From Patescibacteria group bacterium (GTDB lineage Bacteria; Patescibacteriota; CPR2; UBA1875), in NCBI GenBank assembly GCA_028694925.1, contig JAQVJW010000002.1, positions 9,797 to 73,796 on the forward strand: a DNA stretch of 64,000 nucleotides, given 5' to 3'. Within the stretch, counting starts at the first letter, position 1. Every line of letters begins with the position of its first letter. Below are positions 1 to 8,750 of the stretch, piece after piece. Position numbers and translations under genes: made by a program. The notes under the pieces are model-generated. The model was given only the letters and a program-made list of their open reading frames with translations, was not told the origin of the DNA and searched no databases.

Positions 1-562
1 TTCAGCGTCAGAGGAGAGATTTGCCACCCCTGAAGCAGCCTATGAAATACAAGAGGACGAATTACCGGTGGAAATTCCAACAACAGCAAAAGGTTCTCAG
101 CCGATATCATCTGCACTCAAAGTCATTGGTGATATTGGTGAGAGATTGGTTTTGAAGTTTGAGCAAGACACAATTGGAAAGGACAGGCCAGATAAGCTTC
201 CTCTGATAAAGATAGTTTCTAATGATACAAGTCTGGGGTATGACATACAATCAATTAGTGATATAGATTTTAGGGAAAAGAAGTTTATTGAAGTTAAAAC
301 CACGAAGCGAACTTATGCTCCGGCGGAGCAGATTGTTACTTTTTTCCCAATGAGCGGGAACGAATGGGAAACTGCAAAATTGCTAAAAGAATGTTATTAT
401 ATTTACAGAGTATTTCTGACTTCAAAGGGTGTTAATATCTGTGTAATCAAAAATCCGGCGGAAAAGCACGATAAGGGATTAATAATACTCGAACCACTAG
501 ACTATAGGGTAATTTTAAAGGAAGCAGCAATTGATAGAATGCATGAATTAGAGGGGGTTTAG
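1..562 (+). CDS. DUF3883-domain protein, C-terminal fragment; the gene continues upstream of the window
   Basis: The frame is open from position 2 with no upstream stop, and the first start in the ORF track is GTG at 68. The sequence matches the DUF3883 pattern (GYDIxS..IEVKTT...NEWE.A....YYIYRV) seen in defence-island helicase/ATPase fusions. Confidence 0.55.
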   Translation, partial: SASEERFATPEAAYEIQEDELPVEIPTTAKGSQPISSALKVIGDIGERLVLKFEQDTIGKDRPDKLPLIKIVSNDTSLGYDIQSISDIDFREKKFIEVKTTKRTYAPAEQIVTFFPMSGNEWETAKLLKECYYIYRVFLTSKGVNICVIKNPAEKHDKGLIILEPLDYRVILKEAAIDRMHELEGV

Positions 563-565
563 CTA

Positions 566-1528
566 ATGAAGGTTGCATCACTGTTTTGTGGTTGTGGCGG
601 GTCTGATTTGGGACTAGAAGGAGGGTTTGAGTATATTGGCAAAAAATATTCACGCCTACCTTTCAAAGTTGTCTATGCTTTAGACAACGATGTAAAAGCC
701 GTGGCCACCTACAATATTAACTTCAAATTACCAGCTACCTTAGCTTCGATAAAAGACATCGATCCCAGTAGCATTCCCGATCACGATGTACTGGTCGGTG
801 GGTTTCCATGCCAGTCATTTAGTACCGTTAATCCAAATAAGAATCCTTTTGATGAAAGAGCGGGGTTGTATAAGGATATGGCTAAAATATTAAAAATTAA
901 GCAACCTAAAGCTTTTATTGCAGAAAATGTGAAGGGAATGATGACTCTTCACAAAGGTAAGATTTTTGAAAATGTGACCAAAGAGTTTGAAAAACAAGGC
1001 TATAAACTAAACCACTTATTGATTAATGCTGCAGACTTTGGTATTCCACAAAAAAGGCCACGAGTCTTTATTGTTGGTATCCGTAAGGATTTGGGGTTCC
1101 AATATCAATTTCCCCAAAACCCTGTCGATAAGGATAACTGGGTGGGGCTAAGGGCCGTAATCGACAGTCTAGTACCAAGCGACCCAAGGTATTACTTTTC
1201 GGAAAAAGCCGTTATTGGTATGAGAAATGCAAAAAATAACATGAAGAGGGGACTTGCTCAGGATTTAGAGTCCCCATGCCTTACTGTGACTTCGCATCTT
1301 GCCAAGGTAAGTCTTAACTCAAGGGACCCTGTTTTACTGGTTGACCCTAAAAAAGATTTATACCGGAGATTTACTCCACTTGAAGCGGCAAGAATACAAT
1401 CATTTCCTGACGATTTCAAATTTGTTGGCTCGGAAGCTGATGCTTACAGACAAATTGGTAACGCAATACCGCCGGTCGTGATGTGGCACATTGCTAAAGC
1501 ATTAAGCAAACAGCTCACTAATTCTTAG
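566..1528 (+). CDS. dcm: DNA (cytosine-5)-methyltransferase
   Basis: C5-MTase motifs are present: FCGCGG (motif I), GFPCQ (IV), ENV (VI), QKRPR (VIII) and GNAIPP (X). The start lies 3 nt after the upstream gene's stop. Confidence 0.9.
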   Translation: MKVASLFCGCGGSDLGLEGGFEYIGKKYSRLPFKVVYALDNDVKAVATYNINFKLPATLASIKDIDPSSIPDHDVLVGGFPCQSFSTVNPNKNPFDERAGLYKDMAKILKIKQPKAFIAENVKGMMTLHKGKIFENVTKEFEKQGYKLNHLLINAADFGIPQKRPRVFIVGIRKDLGFQYQFPQNPVDKDNWVGLRAVIDSLVPSDPRYYFSEKAVIGMRNAKNNMKRGLAQDLESPCLTVTSHLAKVSLNSRDPVLLVDPKKDLYRRFTPLEAARIQSFPDDFKFVGSEADAYRQIGNAIPPVVMWHIAKALSKQLTNS

Positions 1529-1644
1529 TTGTCTTGGAGGTGTGTGCACACTTCAAAAAATTGTGACCGGACAACAGGTTCAATATTTAACTTTTAACTT
1601 ATGATTTATCTTTCTCCAAGGCTGATTCATTCTTTGGCTTCATC

Positions 1645-2520
1645 GTGTTATACTTGAATTTAAAGGAGCTTGCTTTGCAAGAGTTTAAATATAAATTTAC
1701 TGAACTATTCAACCCATTGCTGGAGGCGATGCGATCTCTGGGTGGATCAGCAAAGATCAGAGAAATCGAAGATCGTGTTGCCGAAGTTATGTCCTTGTCA
1801 GAAGATGAAATTAGCGACATTCATAGAGGTAATACCACGAAGTTTAGCTATCGATTAGCTTGGGCCAGAACCTATTTGAAACAATTTGGTCTAATGGATA
1901 ACACTTTTTCTGGGGTGTGGATTCTTACTGCTAAAGGAAGAAGAATTAGTAAGGTAGATCCAACAGAGGTAATTAAGGTTAACAGAACTTTCAGTAAGAA
2001 AAACCCAGTTCATCAAAGCGAAATGAATGAAGAGGTTGAGGAAGCGTTTGATTGGCAGGATGAGCTTTTAACTAAGATTAAAACACTCAGCCCCGCTGAT
2101 TTTGAAATTCTTTGTCAGAGGATCCTAAGAGAATCAGGCTTTGAAGAAGTTGTAGTAACAGGTGGCACAGGTGACGGAGGCATCGATGGTATGGGCATTT
2201 TTAAGATGGGTGGTCTTATTGGTTTCCGGGTATATTTTCAATCTAAGAGATACACGGAAAACAGTGTTCCGAGCAAGGATATCACTAGATTTAAGGGAAC
2301 AATGGTGGGCAGAGCTGATAAGGGGTTGTTTATAACTACTAGTAAATTCACAAAATCTGCTAAAGAAGAGGCCAATCGGGATGGGTCTCCGCCAATTGAT
2401 CTCGTTGATGGACGAGATCTGGTTAATATAATGAAAAAACTTGGCATGGGAGTTGAGGTAGTGAATGAGGAAAAGATAAACCTTAACGATGATTGGTTTA
2501 AGAGCAATTTCGATAATTAA
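1645..2520 (+). CDS. mrr: Mrr-family restriction endonuclease (Mrr_N winged helix plus Mrr_cat PD-(D/E)xK)
   Basis: N-terminal Mrr_N-like region (FSYRLAWARTYLKQFGLMD) and an Mrr_cat core (GGTGDGGIDG...QSKRY). Confidence 0.8.
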   Translation: MLYLNLKELALQEFKYKFTELFNPLLEAMRSLGGSAKIREIEDRVAEVMSLSEDEISDIHRGNTTKFSYRLAWARTYLKQFGLMDNTFSGVWILTAKGRRISKVDPTEVIKVNRTFSKKNPVHQSEMNEEVEEAFDWQDELLTKIKTLSPADFEILCQRILRESGFEEVVVTGGTGDGGIDGMGIFKMGGLIGFRVYFQSKRYTENSVPSKDITRFKGTMVGRADKGLFITTSKFTKSAKEEANRDGSPPIDLVDGRDLVNIMKKLGMGVEVVNEEKINLNDDWFKSNFDN

Positions 2521-2743
2521 GGTTGCAACTTGCGTTAGAACTTTTTTGTAATAAATAATGTGGTATTTACCTATATGCTACAACAGAAACATAACAATTT
2601 AGTCTTTATCAAGAGAACGAAGGTAGTATAATAGTAACAAACGGAGGTATAGGAGGAATTTATTACTTCTTAAAGGGGTAGAAGGGGACCCATTATAGTG
2701 CTCCATAGTAAGGAGGAAAGACCTTTTATATAAGGTGAAAAAT

Positions 2744-2872
2744 ATGAGTGGAACAAGAGGGAATGGCTTAAAGGCCGCTGAAACAAACAAGAAAAGAAAG
2801 GGAGCCAATTTCTACGGAGAGATTGGCCTCAAGGGCAGACTTAAAATGGGAGTGAAAAAGGATTATGAGTAA
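2744..2872 (+). CDS. Small KGG-repeat-like stress protein (YciG/Con-6-like), 42 aa
   Basis: Translates to MSGTRGNGLKAAETNKKRKGANFYGEIGLKGRLK. It is a paralog of 3340..3531 with long identical DNA stretches. At under 60 aa it is absent from the ORF track. An AGGAGG lies upstream. Confidence 0.45.
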   Translation: MSGTRGNGLKAAETNKKRKGANFYGEIGLKGRLKMGVKKDYE

Positions 2873-3167
2873 TTTTATGATAAAAAATATCAGAAAATTA
2901 TTGGGTTTATCGATTAGGTTCATCGGATTGATATATATGTTCTGGATATTAGTGGTTAAATTTCCTCTGTTCTTTGTAGCATTTTATGATTTTAATTTTT
3001 ATGAGGATGTTCTTTCCACATGGGGAGCCGGGTTCATGATTAAATTAGTAATAACTTTACTTTTTTTTGTGCCTGCGATTTTACTATATAAGATTGGAAA
3101 TTTAGTCGAAGGACGCGACTGGGATTATTGGTTCGATGATATAATTAAGAGATTTAGCAAGGAGTAA
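2865..3167 (+). CDS. Hypothetical small membrane protein
   Basis: 100-aa ORF with two or three hydrophobic helices and no recognisable domain. Confidence 0.35.
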   Translation: MSNFMIKNIRKLLGLSIRFIGLIYMFWILVVKFPLFFVAFYDFNFYEDVLSTWGAGFMIKLVITLLFFVPAILLYKIGNLVEGRDWDYWFDDIIKRFSKE

Positions 3168-3171
3168 ATAT

Positions 3172-3336
3172 ATGACTGTATTGGCAATTTTCTTAGCAAT
3201 CCTTCTGGTGATACTGTTTATAATTTATACAACTGAGACTGAAGAAAAAGATGAGGAAATTGAAATTTTAGAAAACAGAATAACTAGTTTAGAGGGTGAC
3301 ATTGTTAAACTTAAGAAAAAATTTGGAAGAAGGTAA
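3172..3336 (+). CDS. Hypothetical mini-protein with a TM anchor and coiled coil (54 aa)
   Basis: Translates to MTVLAIFLAILLVILFIIYTTETEEKDEEIEILENRITSLEGDIVKLKKKFGRR. It was found by manual translation and is not in the ORF track. Confidence 0.3.
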   Translation: MTVLAIFLAILLVILFIIYTTETEEKDEEIEILENRITSLEGDIVKLKKKFGRR

Positions 3337-3339
3337 AAA

Positions 3340-3531
3340 ATGAGCGGAACTAAAAGGGGCGGTATTAAAGCTGCTGAAACAAACAAGAAAAGACATGGAG
3401 CCAATTTTTACAAAGAGATTGGTGCCAAGGGTGGATTGAAAACTGGTGTGAAAAAAGGATTTGCGGCTAACACCAATCTTGCCCGTCTAGCGGGTCAAAA
3501 AGGTGGAAGGATTTCAAAAAGAAAAGCTTGA
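3340..3531 (+). CDS. Small KGG-repeat stress-induced protein (two KGG motifs)
   Basis: GANFYKEIGAKGG and LAGQKGG fit the KGG stress-protein repeat. It is a duplicated paralog of 2744..2872. Confidence 0.55.
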   Translation: MSGTKRGGIKAAETNKKRHGANFYKEIGAKGGLKTGVKKGFAANTNLARLAGQKGGRISKRKA

Positions 3532-3562
3532 ATATCTATCAAATAATTTAAAGGTATAACAA

Positions 3563-6229
3563 ATGACAAAAGGACTTTTATTCAAAAAGTTTGTCCTACA
3601 CTTACACACTCCCGGATCAAGTGATTGGAAGGGTGGGAATAAAGCGGCTGAGGATATAGTAAAAAAAGCAATCGAGAAAGAGCTGGCTGCTATAGCAGTC
3701 ACTGATCATAACTCAGGTGATTTTGTCGATGAAATGAAAAAAGCTGCTGAGAAAACTAGTTTAGTGGTATTCCCTGGGGCTGAAATTGTTGCCACGGGCG
3801 GTAAGAAAGGCATACACTTAATTGTCATATTTGACGTCGATAAAAACTCCGCTCATGTAAAAGCTTTTTTAAATACAATTGGGATATATAAAAAAACTGC
3901 TGCCGCAGATAAAACAGTTAATGAGATAGCCCGTAAGCTAGAAGAGTTTGACCCTTCTGCAATTATCATTCTTGCCCACTGCCATTCTAGTAAAGGAGTA
4001 TCTGGCGATATGCAAGGGGAGGTTAGGGCTAACATTTTTAACCAGAAGAATGATTGTATTTTAGCTGCTGAGGCGGCTAGAAGCGACTTTGAAGCTACCG
4101 AGAAAATAGAAAAGCATACAAGAGTCATTGATCTACTCGATGGAAGTAATCCGAACTTCGGGAAGAAAAAGTTAGCCGTTATACAGGCTGCGGATTCTCA
4201 TGATCTGGACTCTGTGGGTGACAAATTTACTTATTTGAAAGTAGATGAAGTAATAACAATTGAAGATTTAAGGCAGGCCTTTATAGATAGGGAGACAAGA
4301 GTGAGGCAACCTTGGGAATATACAGAGAGTCAGTTTCCTAAAATATTGAGGGTAAAAGTTAAGAGCGGATTCCTGGATGGAGAGGAAGTTGAGTTTAATG
4401 ACGGTCTAAACAGTATTATAGGTTCAAAAGGATCTGGTAAATCATTACTAGTTGAATTACTAAGGTTTGCACTTAGCCAGGAATCACACATTAAGGCTGT
4501 TTCAGAGGATCACTTTTCTAAATTAGAGAATTGTTTAAAGTTACATGGGGTAGTAACCGTGACATTTTCAGACAAAACCGGGCATCTGTATGAATTGGAA
4601 AGGACGTATGCACCCTCAAGTGAAAGCCCGACCAGAATAACTGATTTAGAGGACGGGTCAATTAAAAGTTTTGATGTAGAGACCCTCTTCCCTATTTTAT
4701 TCCTAAGCCAAAATGAGGCTATTAGAATCGCAGAGGAGAATGGGGGTGAGAACCAAAGGAGATTTATAGATAGATTCTTCGATTTTCATAAATATCAGTC
4801 GGAGATTAAAAGGCTAAACAAAAGACTAGCTGAAATTGATACTCGCTTCGCTGATGCAATAGAATCAAAGTTTAAGTTAGGAGTTGTTCAAAAAGAGCTT
4901 GCTACATTAGAAGAAGAGGTTGCGAAACTAGATAGGCAAATGAAAAAAGATATATTCGCGGAGTATTCAGAAAAGGAGAAGATTAATATTAGCATCCGGA
5001 GTAAGTTAGATTTTTTCGACTCGTTAGAGTCGGGCCTTGAGTCAATAATAATTGATTACAGGGATATTCAAGAAAATAGTACAGCAACAGATGGGCCAGA
5101 CGATCCAATAATAAAAAGGTCAAACGAGATACTCCAGGGCACAACGAATAGTATAGTTGAGGGCTTATCGGGAATAAAAGATTTGATTGGGGCTGAAAAG
5201 AAAAAATTTAAAGCAGAGGTAGACGATTGGGATAAAAAGTTTAAGTCAATTAAAAATAGTTATCACGACGCTGTTCTAGAGGCCGGAGGTAGTCAGGTTG
5301 TCTTAAACGAACAAAGAGAAGGGGTATTGGCACGTATAAAAGAAAGGAAAAAAGAAGAGGCGTTTCTTAAGAGTAAAACCGTTTTATTGAATTCATTGGC
5401 TGATGAGCGGAAGAGTCTATTACGGGGGCTAGAAGAAACAAGAAAGGCTTATTACGATCAAAGAAAAGAGAGGTGTAAATATTTATCCGAAAAATCTTCT
5501 GGTTTGGTAAAGGTTTCGATTAAGGAGATGGAAGATAAGTCAGTATTTAAACAAAAATTACTTGCATTAAAAAAAGGTTCTTGGATTTCGGACAAGGATA
5601 TGGAAATTATGGCAGAGAAAATTAAGCCCAAAGACCTTGTTAGCTCTCTGATCAACTATGCGAATGGAACCAGAGAAAAAAGTGTTAAAAAAGTAATCTT
5701 AGCAACTGATATTGATGAAAAAACGGTTGAAAAATTATTTGACTTTTTAACAGGGAGTTTAGATGTTAGGGAGATCCTGGCTTTAATGTATGACTCTGTT
5801 CCGGAAGACGTTCCGGTTATTAAATATAAAGTGGGGACGGGGGAATACAGAGAATTAAAGGATCTTTCAACTGGGCAAAAGGCTTCTGCCTTACTGATAG
5901 TCGCTCTGACTGATGGTGACTTCCCAATTATTATCGATCAACCAGAGGATTCGCTGGATCTCGTTTCAATTTGGAATGATGTATGTGAAAACATTAGGAA
6001 AACTAAAGAGAAAAGGCAATTTATTTTTACTACACATAATTCTTCAGTCGCGGTGGCCTCTGACTCCGATAATTATATAATTTTAGAAGCTGATGCTACA
6101 ACCTGTAGAGTTGTTGTATCTGGGTCAAATAATTCTACTGAAGTTAACGATAAAATCGTAAGCTACCTTGAGGGAGGAAAGCCTACCTACGCCCTCAAGA
6201 GGAGAAAATATATCAATAAAAGAAAATAA
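3563..6229 (+). CDS. PHP-domain phosphoesterase fused to an SMC/RecF/SbcC-like ABC ATPase with a long coiled-coil insert (Ppl-like defence protein architecture)
   Basis: PHP motifs are HLHTPGSSD, AVTDHNS, AHCHSSKG and AADSHDLD. The Walker A is GSKGSGKSLL. A coiled coil of about 350 aa follows. The ABC signature is STGQKASALL, the Walker B/D-loop is IIIDQPEDSLD and the H-loop is FTTHNS. Confidence 0.75.
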   Translation: MTKGLLFKKFVLHLHTPGSSDWKGGNKAAEDIVKKAIEKELAAIAVTDHNSGDFVDEMKKAAEKTSLVVFPGAEIVATGGKKGIHLIVIFDVDKNSAHVKAFLNTIGIYKKTAAADKTVNEIARKLEEFDPSAIIILAHCHSSKGVSGDMQGEVRANIFNQKNDCILAAEAARSDFEATEKIEKHTRVIDLLDGSNPNFGKKKLAVIQAADSHDLDSVGDKFTYLKVDEVITIEDLRQAFIDRETRVRQPWEYTESQFPKILRVKVKSGFLDGEEVEFNDGLNSIIGSKGSGKSLLVELLRFALSQESHIKAVSEDHFSKLENCLKLHGVVTVTFSDKTGHLYELERTYAPSSESPTRITDLEDGSIKSFDVETLFPILFLSQNEAIRIAEENGGENQRRFIDRFFDFHKYQSEIKRLNKRLAEIDTRFADAIESKFKLGVVQKELATLEEEVAKLDRQMKKDIFAEYSEKEKINISIRSKLDFFDSLESGLESIIIDYRDIQENSTATDGPDDPIIKRSNEILQGTTNSIVEGLSGIKDLIGAEKKKFKAEVDDWDKKFKSIKNSYHDAVLEAGGSQVVLNEQREGVLARIKERKKEEAFLKSKTVLLNSLADERKSLLRGLEETRKAYYDQRKERCKYLSEKSSGLVKVSIKEMEDKSVFKQKLLALKKGSWISDKDMEIMAEKIKPKDLVSSLINYANGTREKSVKKVILATDIDEKTVEKLFDFLTGSLDVREILALMYDSVPEDVPVIKYKVGTGEYRELKDLSTGQKASALLIVALTDGDFPIIIDQPEDSLDLVSIWNDVCENIRKTKEKRQFIFTTHNSSVAVASDSDNYIILEADATTCRVVVSGSNNSTEVNDKIVSYLEGGKPTYALKRRKYINKRK

Positions 6230-6233
6230 GGTG

Positions 6234-7040
6234 ATGAATGTAGAAAAGGGACCACTCGAGCAATCATATGAACTCGCCAATCTTGCTACTTTTGATGCGA
6301 CTGCTTTTGTGGGAGACGAGTCAGCATCTCAAGAGCTTTGTGACTTTATTTTGACGTTGGCAGTTATGTGCAATGAGCTGAAAGATTTGTCGAACATTAA
6401 AAAAGAAATTATAACAACCAGTCCAGTTAAGATAGACTCCCAATTGATTACTCCTCAAAAGGGTAATCTGGGGGGTTATTTGGCATTTATTTTGAGATTA
6501 TATATCTTGAAAGTTTATGAAATGTCGGAATTATTTCGTTCAAGTCTAGTTCTAATAGAATCAAGTCAATTTGAGGTTTATCTTAAAAAAATTAGCAAAA
6601 AACAAAGAGAAATGTGGGACTCTTCAGTAGCAATGCTTACCAATAATAAGGCCGACGGTAAGTTTAATAAGGTATTAACAGTCGTGAGACACAAGACAGC
6701 CGGACATTGCGAGGCCAAAGAAATAGCTAAGGGATATCGTTTTTATTTTATAGATAGAAAAGGTATGGAGCCTTACATTTCGTTTGGTGATGGTATACCG
6801 TCAACCAGGTTTCATTTTGCAGATGCGGCAATGGAAGGCTACCTACTTAAGAAACACAAAGATCTTTCGGCGGGGTATATTGAAAAGGAAATGGATGAGC
6901 TAATTAGCTATCTGTACAATTCGGTCTGGTTGTTAGTAGGTAAGTTTGTTAATTCCAGGAGTTCTTGGAAAAAACCGACCGAAGACAAATTGCCTGAGCC
7001 AGAGGGTTTTGGGGTTAAGGGTTTAAGGTCAAAGTTATAA
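6234..7040 (+). CDS. Hypothetical protein, tightly coupled partner of the PHP-ATPase
   Basis: The ATG lies 4 nt after the upstream stop. It encodes 268 aa with no recognisable motif. The ORF track entry 6168..7040 includes an upstream overlap. Confidence 0.5.
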   Translation: MNVEKGPLEQSYELANLATFDATAFVGDESASQELCDFILTLAVMCNELKDLSNIKKEIITTSPVKIDSQLITPQKGNLGGYLAFILRLYILKVYEMSELFRSSLVLIESSQFEVYLKKISKKQREMWDSSVAMLTNNKADGKFNKVLTVVRHKTAGHCEAKEIAKGYRFYFIDRKGMEPYISFGDGIPSTRFHFADAAMEGYLLKKHKDLSAGYIEKEMDELISYLYNSVWLLVGKFVNSRSSWKKPTEDKLPEPEGFGVKGLRSKL

Positions 7041-7296
7041 AGTCGTTCCTATATTTTCGCCAAATGGAACACATATCAAATAGACCATTTTATCGGCCTA
7101 TTTCTAATAATGACACAGGAAACTACCATGCTGAGGTAAAAGTTTCTTATTGTTATTATGTACTGTGAGGATTTTTCCTTAAAATTAAAAGATATGCAGA
7201 AGATCGCTCCACCTCAGCATATGTTTACAAAGTAAACCTATTTACCTCCCTAAAAAACGTGAATATGTAGCAAAATTGTTATAGATTCACGTTATA

Positions 7297-7325
7297 TTGA
7301 CAAATAATCGTGAATTATATATAAT
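7297..7325 (+). promoter_or_regulatory. Consensus sigma70-type promoter (TTGACA-17-TATAAT) for a near-leaderless Fic transcript
   Basis: TTGACA at 7297-7302, a 17-nt spacer and TATAAT at 7320-7325. The Fic ATG at 7338 is only about 6 nt past the predicted TSS. Confidence 0.5.
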
Positions 7326-7337
7326 AAATATAGTATT

Positions 7338-8228
7338 ATGGCAATTTCTAAAAATATTAGAAAAAATCTAAACAATCTTAAACGAGAGTATGATTCCTTA
7401 AAGAAGGGCAAAGAATCTCTTTTGGATATGCTATTTGAGGTAGAAATTCCAGAGTCAGTCTATAACTCTAACGCTATTGAAAACTCAACCCTAACCATCA
7501 AAGAAACAGAAAAGATATTAATGGAGATGGAGGTTTCTAGGGATGTCTCTGTACGTGAAGTCTTTGAAGCAAAAAACTTGGCAAAAGTCTTTGAATTTAT
7601 TAAGGCCCAATCCCAAAAAGATAATTTGGATAAAGAGTTTATTTTACTAATCCATAAAATGTTAATTGATAATATTAATGGAAATATTGCTGGAAGATTT
7701 AGAAAACCCGGTGAATATGTCCGAGTTGGTACTCATATTGCCCCAGCACCAGAACAGGTACCAGACCTTATAGAGTCAGCTCTGTTGGAATATTCTAGTA
7801 ATTTAAACTCCTATTTTCTGGAAAAAATTCCCAAGTTTCACCTAGAGTTCGAAGATATACATCCTTTCTGCGACGGCAATGGGCGTATTGGCAGAGTAAT
7901 CCTTAACTATCAACTAATGGATCTTGGATTTCCGCCTATTATTATAAGGGATAAAGAAAAAGCTGATTATTACCAATCATTCAGGGAATACAATATTAAG
8001 AATAAAACTGACCAAATGGAAAGGGTTTGCTATCTAGCGCTTCTAGAGTCTTTTCATAAAAGAATTACCTATTTAAAGGGTCAAAAAATCATTACATTGG
8101 CAGATTATGCTAAAAGAAATAAGGAGCCACTTAATGCCCTTTCTAATCGAGCTAAAAGACAAACGATACCTGCCTTTAGGGAAAAAGGCATCTGGAAGAT
8201 TGGTAAGGAGTATAAGAAATATCTCTAA
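7338..8228 (+). CDS. Fic/DOC family protein, class II (N-terminal inhibitory SxxxEN motif)
   Basis: Canonical Fic motif HPFCDGNGRIGR, with an upstream inhibitory-helix motif SNAIEN. Confidence 0.85.
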   Translation: MAISKNIRKNLNNLKREYDSLKKGKESLLDMLFEVEIPESVYNSNAIENSTLTIKETEKILMEMEVSRDVSVREVFEAKNLAKVFEFIKAQSQKDNLDKEFILLIHKMLIDNINGNIAGRFRKPGEYVRVGTHIAPAPEQVPDLIESALLEYSSNLNSYFLEKIPKFHLEFEDIHPFCDGNGRIGRVILNYQLMDLGFPPIIIRDKEKADYYQSFREYNIKNKTDQMERVCYLALLESFHKRITYLKGQKIITLADYAKRNKEPLNALSNRAKRQTIPAFREKGIWKIGKEYKKYL

Positions 8229-8315
8229 TGAGTGCTAGTATGTTTAGTTTAGGTGACATATAGGATTATTGCAGAACCTTCATTATCAGCGCTATAATGT
8301 ATAAAAGGAGGGAAA

Positions 8316-8738
8316 ATGAAAATATATTCAATTATTGTTACAATTGTAGCTGTTATCGCTATTTTAGCGGCTGGTTTTCTGGGCTATCAGTACCAAGACC
8401 TTCAAAAACAAAAAAAGGCCGTCGAAGATGATATGAATGAAGTCCAACAAGAATTAGAGGGAGCCCGATTGAGCGTCACTAATCTGGAGACAACGGTTGT
8501 GGCTCTTGAATCTACGGTGGGCTCATTTCAGCCTGTTGGCGACACGACAATTGGCTCGTTTATACCCGTAAGGGCAACTGAATCACGTCAAAAAATAGAA
8601 GAGATAACAGACGAAAAAGATAGAGAGATAGTACTAGAAGGATGGGATCTTTTTTACGAATCAAGACGCTTGAATGATTTTCAGCATCTATTAGAAAAAT
8701 TTACCGAGACTCTCGGTAGAAGCCTAGATAATATCTAG
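8316..8738 (+). CDS. Hypothetical membrane-anchored coiled-coil protein
   Basis: N-terminal TM helix, a heptad-like region and an AGGAGGG RBS. A candidate promoter (TTGCAG-18-TATAAT) lies at 8269-8298. Confidence 0.4.
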   Translation: MKIYSIIVTIVAVIAILAAGFLGYQYQDLQKQKKAVEDDMNEVQQELEGARLSVTNLETTVVALESTVGSFQPVGDTTIGSFIPVRATESRQKIEEITDEKDREIVLEGWDLFYESRRLNDFQHLLEKFTETLGRSLDNI

Positions 8739-8750
8739 CCTCATATATAG

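Noticed and set aside
2599-2808. 69-aa minus-strand ORF
   Set aside because: It overlaps the promoter/RBS region and the 5' end of the first KGG gene, and its low-complexity L/Y-rich translation marks it as a likely artefact.
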